Source: Octopus sinensis (taxonomy: Eukaryota). From it: a stretch of DNA of 64,000 nucleotides. The translations under genes and the position numbers were made by a program. Within the stretch, counting starts at the first letter, position 1. Each line of letters starts with the position of its first letter. The stretch lies in the NCBI RefSeq assembly GCF_006345805.1, contig NC_043020.1:21886001-21950000 (forward strand). The letters run 5' to 3'. The notes under the pieces were generated by a model that worked only from the letters and a program-made list of their open reading frames with translations, did no database searches and was not told the DNA's origin. Positions 53,092 through 64,000 of this stretch are shown one piece after another.

Positions 53092-55225
53092 TGTAGGAAA
53101 TACGACCGTATGTGGAGGTTGGCGACGTAGGTAAGTCACACGGTCGCATCCCCAACGAAATAAGATAAGCCATAAATACAATTTATACAATGCAGTGCCA
53201 ACAGAATATGGATGAAAGACGACGAGCCGTTCCACTGTTTGAGAGATAAGATTTTCTTTACAATGGTGTTAAGGTTAGAGGGTTGTGAGTGCTAGCAAGC
53301 GTTGTGTATGTGCGCATGCAACACGTGTTTGTGTCTGTGTGTTCGTGTGTGTGACAGATACAATAAGGGTGAATGCGTGTGACATAGAAAATACAGAGCA
53401 TAGAGTTAATGGTGGAAATTGGCTTACAGTTCATAAGGTACACGATGTGTAAGAGTTCCATATCAAGATGTGTCTCGGGCGGAGACCGGTTGGGCGAATT
53501 GTTGTCGAGCCGCGGTCGTGGTCTCAATCGCCGAGCTGGTTCTCTTAATATAGAATTCTTCAGATGGACTATTTCTACTTGGTAAAGGGATTCACTCTAA
53601 CAGCGTGGATCTTTGAAGTTGGTGTGTACATGTCTGAAGTGGACGATGGTGATGGCGACGATGGTAGAGACGACATGAAGTTGGTACAATGATGGTGATG
53701 ACGGCGGCGGAGATAGAAGGCGTTCTGTTGCGGTTGTACATTAGCGTCGTCGTGGCTGATCGTCTGTCGCTGTGACTGGAACATGTTGAGTAGCTCTGTG
53801 GTCAGAGGTTAGTCCTTAGAAGGACTAGAACCAAAGACCCAAGTATACTGAGAACACTCCCTTATATACAAGTAAGGTGGCTCAACAGAGCATAAGAAAA
53901 GGGACCTTAACCAAAGGCCGTGATTGGTTGGCTTTGGCCAGTGGGGCGGAATAAGTAGAGACAAATCGCCCCACATGTCAACCAATCAGGTCAGTGGTCA
54001 CAACAGGAACAACTCGGCCAAAGGTGATTGTAATCTCAAACGAGATCATTCCTGCCGTGTCTCTCAAACAGTGAGGATATCAGAGACCGCTACACCTTTA
54101 TTAGCTGTTTATATTTGGCGGCAGATTTGATGGGAAAGTTCGACTAATGTTCCTTGTATTGAAATGCATACATTGTAAATAAAGTCTTCTTTCTCAAACA
54201 GTAGAACGGCTTGTTGTCCTCATTTATATCTTTTGAAACTGTATTCTATATCATGTATATGGCTTCATATTATGTTAGGGACCACCGTGCGGTGTACAAA
54301 AGGAGACATTTGTCACCAACTCCTTACGTACGGTCATATATTTCCTACACTGGTTTACAGTGTACAAAGTGAAAGTGTTGTGAGTGCTAGCGAAGCGTTG
54401 TGTCTGGATGCGTGCGACAAGTGTTTGTGTCTGTGTGTTCGTGTGTGCGACAGAAGGTATAAATAAAGGTGTATGCATATACAACAGAAATACAGAGTAT
54501 AAGATGAATGTCTCACCATATTGAGTTAAGATAGAGTTAGTTTACCAGTTCATGAAGTACACAAAAGTAAGTTCTATAACAAGATGTTGGGGGTCTCGAG
54601 GCAGAGGCCAGTTGGGGCACATGTCGTGCCGCGGTTGGGGCTTCAATGCCGAGCCGAGTCTCTTGATATAGAAAGTTCTTTCAGGTAGACTAACTGTTTT
54701 TCCTCGGTGAATGATTCACACAAACAGCGTGGAGTTAAACCTGTACGAATGTCGGGGTTGATGTGTACGTGTTAAAGTCGACGAAAATGGAGACAACGAT
54801 GGTGATGACAGCGCCGGAGATGGAGAAGACCTACGTTGCGGGTGTACATTAGCGTCGTCATGGCTGAAACAGGAGCATGGCTGGCAGGCTGGTCGTCTGT
54901 CGCTGGAATTGGAACATAGCTGAGTAGCTCTGTGGTCAGTGACTAGACCTTAAAAGGTCTGAAGCCGAAAGACGTAGAATAGTGAAAGCTGGCCTATTTA
55001 AAGGGTTAAAGTGGCTCAAAACAGGGCATCTGAAACACAGTGTCACGAGACCTTATCTAATGGCCGTGATTGGTTGGCTTACACACTGGCGCGAAATAAG
55101 TCGAGAGACGAACCAATCAGAGCAGTGGACACAACAGGGTCAAACTAGCCCAAAGATGGTTGTAATCTCAAACGGGATCATTCCTAATGTGTCTCTCAAA
55201 CAGTGAGGATAGCAGATATGCTACA
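53092..55225. repeat. Two adjacent related LTR-like repeats (about 53092-54222 and 54272-55225)
   Basis: Shared internal blocks; TG...CA candidate ends; CCAAT and GC boxes; AATAAA at about 54178. Confidence 0.4.
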
Positions 55226-57469
55226 GATTATTGTTCCATGTCGGGTCGCTATATATAGATAGTGGAAAGTAGGGTGACAGAGGTTCTACTTATGCAAAGG
55301 TCGTGGGTTTATAAAAGCATTTTTCTACATTCAGTAACCAAATATGAACATTTCTTTTGGTCAAATTCCATCTCTATATTGCAGAAAATATCGGTTTCAA
55401 ATTTTGGTACAAAGCCAGCAAGTTCGGGGTATTTATTTTATCGACCCCTGAAATAATGAAAGGCAAAGTCGACCTCGGTGGGAATTGAACTCAGAACATA
55501 AAGACGGGCGAAATTTTGCTGAGCATTTTGCCTGGCGTGCTAGCAATTTTGCCAGCTCACCGCCTTCTAAATCCTTCCCTAGTCATATAGATACATAGGG
55601 TCGGTTTCTTGGTCTTCGTGGTGCATATATACTCTACTAGACTCTGGTCCATCGCAGGATTACTCATTTTTGCCAGCTGAGTGGACTGGAGCAACCTGAA
55701 ATGAAGCGTTTTGCTCCAGAACACCACACGTCGTCAAGTCCAGGAATAGAAATTATAATCTTACGATCATTAGCCCAACACCCCTCCACTTATGCCTCCA
55801 CTTATGTAGCAGAAAGTATCATTCACCCAGATGTTTCTTACCATTGCAAATGCTTTGAGCGTAGATTTTTGGATTGTCTACAAAGAAATGGATTACGTTG
55901 GTGTCTCGTACTGTTGTATACAAAAATATTATTTACAATCAAATTATTTTCTTTGTATACATGCACACATGCTCAAACAATCCTGCACGTGCGCACACAC
56001 ACATATATGTAAATAGTTAGGGATTACCCCAAAACGATTACCGGTTTGCTCTCAGGTATTCAAATTATGTTATTCAACAGCTAACATATTGTTACGGAGA
56101 TAAATAAACGGGAAAACGTTATGCCCTAGTTCCGCTGGCTAGGGTCGAACCGGCGGGGGAAAAAATTGTTCTTTGTCTTGTCAACGGCAAGGGAAATTAA
56201 TGAGTTTAGGAAGTACCTCTGACCCTTACACGTTCAGGGAAAGTTGAAAAAAAAAATGCCACCCTTTAAAATGCGACGAACTGGTGTTAGAGGGACAGAC
56301 AGCAAAGGGCCGGAAAAGAGTTCGGTTGGGACAGCGAGTCGATGCAGACGGCCAGCGAGGAGATGATAGTGGCAAGAGGCGAGGAAGACAGGCAGGGAAT
56401 ATGAGAAATTGACAGGCGAGAAAAGAAAGAAGATGACAGCGAAGGAGCAGAGAGAGACACGCGAAGAAGTTGGACTACTATAGTGGGTTCAGAAACATTC
56501 GGCATTGTTGTTTATGTTTGGATTTGTGTTTCTATTTGTGAGGAAAAAAATAGAACTTGTAAATGTTTAAAGAAAATTGAGAACGAACTCTCTGTGTAAG
56601 AAAAGAAGAGAGAGAAAAGAACATTAAGAAAAGAGAAAGACTTTGTTGTGATTCTGTATTGTGTTGCATGTCAACCAATTGATTGTTTTTAACTCGGTAT
56701 TACGTTTGATTGATTTTGTAAAGTTATAAATTGTTAAATGTCTGTTAACCTTGTTTTTAAATGTATTTGAAATGTTTCAGTTGATGTTGTAAAATTATAT
56801 AAATTGATGTTAAATGTAAGCTGTCTCTCTCCTTTGTTGTTGTTGCCCTCGGTTACTGGTTTGCGTTCGCTGCCCACTCCCGCTTTCTGTGGTGGATTTC
56901 CGTTTGACTGAGCGTAGACGTCGTCGCCGACTTAGGGTCCTGAGTTGAGTTGAGCGCCCGTCCTAACAATATAAATCCAATAAAGGTAGTGCTATGCAGC
57001 TTCTTAGTCATTTGTATCATTAATATTGTTAATGTGTGTGTGTGTGTGTGTGTGTGTGTTTATATGTATTCAGGAAAGAAATATACTCTACCAAAACCTG
57101 CGGTCAAAATAGTTACCAAACATCTTGCGCCTGGTTGTCATTGGATTCTGGCTGTTAGAAGCTGGTATGTATATAGCACAAGCGCTCTGCTCTGATCTCC
57201 GTGTGCCGATATTTCTTCAAAGTCCTGCGGCGATGAGCACTGATTTGACGATTTGTAGGTATACAATCGCTTTTTACATGCAAGTAGCTTAGGGCTTATC
57301 AAACGTCGTTGTCAGTTTTCGGAGCAGAATCTGGTTTGAGCAGAGTCTCTTGATTGAAGCGACCCTTTTAAGGGAAAACATTGTTCACCCAAATATTTGT
57401 AGAGGTCTAGAAAAGATGACCCTAAGGTTATCTGTTCTACCATCAAATTGGTCAACTACCTGTAGCGAT

Positions 57470-58560
57470 GGCCGTTCAAACTGGCCGGAGAATCAAGAAT
57501 TTCCAGAATTTTAAAAATAATAGAATTTCTTTGAATATTGCTACATGGAATATTAGAACGTTTCTTGGCAGGGATTTATCCTCGATTCTAGAAAGCAGAA
57601 CTGCTACTGTAGGCGGAGAACTGAGCAGGCATAATGTTGGTATAGCCGCACTCTCTGATGAAGGTCGTATATTAAAAAGGAGTGCTGGCTATACGTTCTT
57701 CAGGAAAAGGAAACCAAAAGGGAGAAAGGGAATGGCGGAGCAGGCTTTGCAGTCTGGATAGAGGCCACTAAGCGGCTGGAGCAGCCACAAATTATTGGTG
57801 ATTGAATTCTACACCTGAAGGTTCTGTCCAGGGGACGTTTCATAACTATTATTACAATGTATGCTCTTTCCCTGGATAGAAGATTTACGAGGGTGTATAA
57901 TTTCGATCCCACATACCGATAAGATCTCGCTGGTCGGAGATTTCAATGTACGTATGGGAAAAGACCACAACATTTGGGTTGCTTTGGGACATCATGGCAT
58001 GAACAGGTTGAATACTAATGATCTTGTTTTGCAACTATGCACTGAATTTGAGTTGGTCATGTGCAATACTTTCTTGAAACAAAAGTATATCCATAAAGTA
58101 ACATGGGTACATCCAAAATCTAAGCATGGACTTGAATTATAACATCACCAGAACGAAATACCTGCAGGATATCCGCTCCGAAAGAGTTGTGCATGGTGCA
58201 GAATGTGGTATAGACCACAAACTTGTACGTGGCCAGATGACAAAAAATGCAGAACAATAGAAAAGTGAGGACGGCGGGGTCAAACTAAAAAGCTTTAAAA
58301 TGCAGGATGCTCTTCATAGTGCACTTGACAATGTTGTCTTTGAAAGAACTTGGGAAACTGTCCTAGGTACAGGTTTACGATGCGGAGCTTGATGTACGAG
58401 ACCATAAGAAGATAAAATACCGAGACTGGTTTGATGATGATAATGTTCCAATTACCAGACTCACTGAAGAGCAAGTAAGAGAAGTGCCTTCTTGCAGAAG
58501 ATCCAGTGCGGGTCACTTCTGAGAAAGCCTTCAAAGAGGCAAAGTCAAAACTCGAAAGAT
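57470..58560 (+). pseudogene. RTE-clade LINE endonuclease remnant
   Basis: NIATWNIRT..RTATVGGELSRHNVGIAALS; LVGDFNVRMG..GHHG..CTEFELVMCNTF..KVTWVHPKSKH. Confidence 0.85.
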
Positions 58561-58689
58561 AAACAGTAATTGGTAGTTTGAAGTTTCAGCGGAAATGCAG
58601 ACATCTTAAAACTGCAGAGACTCGAAGGTATTATACGCTACGTCACAGTAGACCGAAGGAGCGACAAATGGTTATGCAGAGACTCGAAT

Positions 58690-59200
58690 GAGGTTCCAAC
58701 AGTCATTCATACTAAGCTCCCACCAATTGTGATGGTTCTATGAATCGTCAGCAACGAAGGAAATATGCTTCCACACTTTTTTCACAGAGCTTAAGAGTCA
58801 ATGCCGCTGTCTACACAGAGGTTTTGGAGAAAGTTGTGAGGCCCTGAAAAGACAGAATACACAACGGAAGACTCTACTCTCCAAACAAAACACTGCGCAA
58901 TCTCATAAGGCTAGGACAACGCAAGCGTAGATTCGTGCCATTCTCCATGATCATGTTCTCCCACACACATGGCCTCCTAGCTCACCAGACTTCAATCCAC
59001 TGGACTATTATGTAGGGGACGTAGTCGAGAGAAGTCAATCAACAACCCCATAACACCATAAAATCTCTCAAGTCCGCCATAATCAACATCTGTTTCGGGC
59101 ATATAAACGCTTCCAAACCTATATTGAAGCAACCATTGATACAAAAGGTGGATTCATAGAATAGTTGTGATAAAAGGATTCTCAAGATAATTTGTACCCA
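58690..59200 (+). pseudogene. Tc1/mariner DDE transposase remnant
   Basis: QSHKARTTQA..HTWPPSSPDFNPLDYYVGDVVER. Confidence 0.8.
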
Positions 59201-59282
59201 TTTGTTTTCATATACAGCTGTCCTTTGGTGAGCTACGCGTATACGTCCTTTTCTACGTTCATTCAAATGACCTATAAAAAAC

Positions 59283-60398
59283 TGACTCAGCTCCATTTGA
59301 CTTAAAGATTCGTAGACACGAGGGACGAACCCATCTCATCAAATATTAGATGAAGAGTAACAGATCTGAGATAAATTCAAGGTGGGTTTTAGATGTTAGC
59401 CTCTATTAGCCAGCTCTGATCACATGGTGATAATGTTACGGATGCGACACTGGTTTTTTCTTTGTTCTTAGTCCCACGTGCTTGGACAGTTGTTGGTAGT
59501 GATTGTTGCAATACTACAATATCGATCCTATCAACTGCCTTCTATGAAAATCCTAGACTACACGGGTATGACAGCCAATAACCTTTAAGAGAAGGTATAC
59601 ACAGCATAGGCATTCCTTCAGGTGTAGGGATTGACACTCCTTCAGGAGTAGGAATAGGGAAAATTCCACCTCCCTGTCCCCCTTCATCTACTGAATCTAC
59701 AACCATCAGAACGATTTCTCCAACATCAAATGAAATATCATTGGCATTCCCCCAACACATTACTCATATGTAACTCACAAATGCAAACTATCTTCGTGAG
59801 AGACTACACATACTCCACTAACCTGAAATATCCATGAACTATCTTATTGTTGCCACCAGATACACTCTGTTAATGAACTTTAAGCCATTGTAGCTGACAG
59901 TCCAGATATGCTGACTTAGATCTGGCTATCCCACACATATGGACAAAGTATTTAACTACTGTTGCCTGTATTGACTACGACCATCAGAACAACTTCTCCA
60001 ACATCAAATGAAATATCATTGGCATTCCCCCTACACATTACTCACATTAACCGTCCGTGTTGGTTATCCAGTCTCAATTTTTACGTACACCCACGTAAAA
60101 ACAGCTGACGTTACTGGGCTAAGATTCCACTGAACGATGACTGAGTAACTAATCCATGGCAACACCACACCCAACCACTTCACCGCAGCTTGCCACCAAT
60201 ATAGAGGGAGGTTTCTGCCATCATCCTGTGCGAGTACGTAGGTGTAATAATACTCCTGTAGCATTAACAATACGTGACCTGAGCTGACCAAAAGAGGTCT
60301 ATCTAGAAGCCGTCCTGTTTGTTTTAGATCCATTACACATCTTCTGATATCTGATATATACGTGCCCATGAAGCTTTAAATCATATGGAGCTGAGTCA
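59283..60398. mobile_element. Unclassified element with 25-bp terminal inverted repeats
   Basis: tgactcagctccatttgacttaaag / ctttaaatcatatggagctgagtca (2 mismatches); AAC on both flanks. Confidence 0.55.
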
Positions 60399-60422
60399 AA
60401 CTGTTGTTAACACGCACACTCA

Positions 60423-60456
<34 letters not shown>

Positions 60457-60631
60457 TATGTGTAGGCAGGAATATATGTGTCGTCTGTGGATACAGTACA
60501 AATGTATTTGTGTGTGTGTGTGAAGCAATGTGTAAGCCAGTACATAAGAGCTATGTGCATGGATGTAAACGTGTGTGTGCACGCGCCTGCATGTATAATT
60601 TCACCTATGAGCTTAAAATGTACGTATTATA

Positions 60632-60664
<33 letters not shown>

Positions 60665-61309
60665 ATCAAAATAAGCAACAAGGATATCCAAAGGTAATGC
60701 AGTATGATCGTTTCATGCGACTTCATTTAATTAAACAATTACATCAGTTTTAAAATGTAGAGCAATCTTCAGCTGCATATGGAATTTTTTAGTTAAACTG
60801 AAAAGATTCATTTTTATACTTATTCCATTTACCAACATCACAAAGAGGGTAAGTATAGAACAGAGAGACCAGTCTCATCAACAGAAACATGGTAGTAAAT
60901 GATATTTTTTCATGGATACACTACTTATCACTGAATTTACTTTGTTATTTAGATTTACTATTGGGAGGGGGTTTAATATAATTCTATTAAGTCTAGTGGG
61001 GACAACAGTAAGAATCTATCCTACATAGATAGAGGAAGAGACAGTTTAAGTGGTAGATCCATAAATCAAGCTCTCTTTGAAGAACCTCTTCTAGTACAGT
61101 TGACTGTATTTCAGCTAAAATTAGTAGACCAAAGCTGATGGGGTAGGGAGAATAGAAACTTCCAAATACTTAACTATTTAACATCCATAATGCTACTTGT
61201 GATTTGAAATAAATAGTTTGATCATTTCTTCACCCGATATCTTACACGACAACTCCCATGATAAATAAATATTAATTTAATCTAGTAATTATAAAATTAT
61301 AATGTAATA

Positions 61310-61735
61310 GGCGTAGGAGTGGCTGTGTGGTAAGTAGCTTGCTTACGAACCACATGGTTCCGGGTTCAGTCCAACCGCGTGGCATCTTGGGCAAGTGTCT
61401 TCTGCTATAGCCTCGGGCCGACCAAAGCCTTGTGAGTGGATTTGGTAGACGGAAACTGAAAGAAGCCTGTCGTATATATGTATATATATATATGTATGTA
61501 TGTGTGTGTGTATATGTTTGTGTGTCTGTGTTTGTTTCCCTAGCATTGCTTGACAACCGATGCTGGTGTGTTTACGTCCCCGTCACTTAGCGGTTCGGCG
61601 AAAGAGACCGATAGAATAAGTACTGGGCTTACAAAGAATAAGTACCGGGGTCGATTTGCTCGACTAAAGGTGGTGCTCCAGCATGGCCGCAGTCGAATGA
61701 CTGAAACAATTAAAAGAGTAAAAAAAAGAGTAATT
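61310..61735 (+). mobile_element. Full-length tRNA-head SINE
   Basis: ggcgtaggagtggctgtgtggtaag..ggttcagtcc..tail aaaagagtaaaaaaaagag; GTAAT candidate TSD. Confidence 0.85.
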
Positions 61736-63049
61736 ATTAAGTATTGACAGTTTTTTTTTTCCAAAGGATTCTAATAATTCTAGTATCTTATACATTATAG
61801 GGATGGAAAATATAGAAATAATTTCATATTTATATACATATAAATCAAATTAATATAAATCTATAGTTAATTAGTAAATAGTAATTTATTAGTATTAATA
61901 AGTTAAATTAAAGGAATATGCTAGACATTTCATTTACTTTCTGCATGAGAAATGTATTTACTTGTGCTATAAAATAGATAGTGAATTATAACAGTGTGGT
62001 TCATTATAGGTTAAGTGTGGATCGAATAGAAATGTATTATCAGCAAGATGATAAAATGGGTAAATGAGTAAGATAAAATGGTTTAAAATTTTAGTGAAGG
62101 AAATTTAAATCAGCAAATTGAAAAATAAAATAACTTTAGAATATAGTAGATAAGGGGTAGACTAGATTTGTATTCTAAAAACTTATTATAGGATATACCT
62201 AGCTTATTTATAATAGGCGAGGTAAGATTCTATAAGAAAATACTTAATAATTGCATTATAATTTTATAATTACTAGACTAAAATTAATATTTATTTATCA
62301 TGGGAGTTGTGTAAGATTAGTGTTTAATATCGTGTGAAGAAATGATCAAACTATTGGTTAAAAATTTTATTAATAATAAGACCATTATAAAAATAGAAAC
62401 TAAATAACATAGATATTATAATCTATTCAATTATCAGGTTTTGAATATTAATTAAGGGGATTTAGAAAAACTTTTTATGAAAATATTCCTAGCAAATAAG
62501 ATATTAATTACCACACATAACAAAAAAAAAACTTTTAAAATATTTTAAAATATAATGGAAGGGAGGCAACCAAGATGAAAGTTCTTAGAATTAGGGATAT
62601 TCAAATTTAGTATTCAAGAATGAAGTATGGTTTATATGGGGCATAATAATTTAGGCCAGTTAGGGATAATATTTTTTTTTAAATGAGGGAAATTATGTGT
62701 GGTAGAATTCTTGCAGAAATAGATATGGAAATTACCAATTCCTTAAAACTTTTTGTAGATTAAGTATACGACTTTTTATTAGATATATGGAATTTATGTA
62801 ATAGTTATAGAAATTTAAAAAAGATTTTATTCTACTTCATTCAATTTATTTATGCTACTAAATTTCTTAATAATTACTGTAGATTAAATAAAAACTAGTA
62901 GGGTATATTATTTCCTTATTTGATTTCAAGACATTTAGATTTAAAATTTAGGAATAGCCAGAATGCTATTCTTTAAAATATTTAAAGGTACGGGTAGTAC
63001 AATGTATGCAAAATACTCCTAGATCAAAATGGTTATTCAATAAGTTTAC

Positions 63050-63650
63050 ATTATCTCTGTGTTTCAAAATTTCATATATCTCTATAGAACAAAGTTCACA
63101 TCCTTCTCTACTATTTTTATAAGGCTTGCGCCTTTCTTATTCTATCCCATTTAAGGCTAAATCCGATATTTTTTTCCTTTCAACTCCCAAATTTTATTAG
63201 ACAGTGTGGTGTAACCTGCCTTATGTTTAAATCTAAAGCTAGACAGTTGGTTGTTTATACGTTTCTTCAGGTCTATAGAACATCCGAAATAAAAATAGCT
63301 ATTATTTGAAGTCATTACTGTACATTTATAAATTACGTTTTGGACCAGACACCGACCAGATACCGGACATCTGGACCAAATTCTATCAATTACAGCTGGG
63401 GGGATGATTTCTGATATTAATATTATTTGGGAACAAGTCGTTTTTATTGTTATTATTAAAACTATTATTAACATTAGTAGTATTCCTCTTATCTATAATT
63501 ATATTGTTAGATAGGTTATGGTTGTTTGTTTCTAATTTTTCCTCCATTCCCTCACTGTTCACATTTTTATTATTATCATTTATATAATTGATATTATTAT
63601 TATTATTGTTTATATTAATGTTGTTGTTGTTGTTGTTATTATTATTATTA
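63050..63650 (-). pseudogene. Frameshifted Asn-rich GIY-YIG (Neptune-type) ORF, related to 32440..33645
   Basis: Poly-Asn frame ...NDLFPNNINIRNHPPSCN, +1 frameshift, (C)RIWSRCPVSGRCLVQNVIYKCTV..YFG..LKKR..SF..TTLSNKIWELK. Confidence 0.75.
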
Positions 63651-64000
63651 TTTTTTTTTCTAATGAAACTGGTCTGTCTGTCTATATACTTACCATCTCT
63701 GAGATGTTGGTAATGGAATAAGTATAAAATTGAATCTCTTCAATTTAGCTAAAAATTCCATATGCAGCTGAAAATTGCTCTACATTTTAAAACTGATGTA
63801 ATACTTGCATTGTTTAATTAAATGAAGTCGCATGAAACGATCGTACTGCATTACCTTTGGATATCCTTGTTGCTTATTTTTATTATAATCACCCCATTTT
63901 GAATTATATGGATAATACCATACCAAATTCTGGTGTCTTTAACTTAAGTACCATATTCAACTGAATCTAAATTTTTACTGAGCTTATATATATATATATA

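Noticed and set aside
56280-56510. Possible LINE ORF1 remnant
   Set aside because: Short and low-complexity, no diagnostic motif
61310-61385. tRNA gene
   Set aside because: A/B-box-like head is continuous with the SINE body and tail; no full cloverleaf

Overview
Repeat-saturated, AT-rich eukaryotic DNA with no host gene that I can support. The SINE, Helitron and microsatellite repertoire resembles a cephalopod (octopus-like) genome, which is an inference from recalled repeat families. The window holds decayed CR1-group, RTE and Tx1-like LINEs, a Gypsy fragment, mariner/Tc1/pogo/hAT/piggyBac remnants, many SINEs, and two non-autonomous Helitron families, one of them a head-to-tail trimer. The standout is a cluster of five fold-back (head-to-head) insertions, each bounded by (TA)n microsatellites, at 4.3-6.1, 28.0-29.3, 29.3-33.9, 34.1-37.1 and 37.1-38.2 kb. 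Each carries a type I hammerhead ribozyme (HHR) motif read by eye (CUGANGA...GAAA...GUH with a self-complementary stem III), always pointing outward from the centre. Two are tandem arrays of non-coding 552-nt and 492-nt monomers (retrozyme-like) whose inversion junctions fit twin priming on a multimeric or circular RNA. One encodes an uninterrupted 401-aa Asn-rich GIY-YIG endonuclease ORF with no reverse transcriptase. One is a GIY-YIG fragment folded at a 4-nt hairpin that occurs in both flip and flop orientation. Together these suggest a TA-targeting, HHR/GIY-YIG, RT-less Penelope-associated mobile system. All calls are by eye, with no alignments or folding run.
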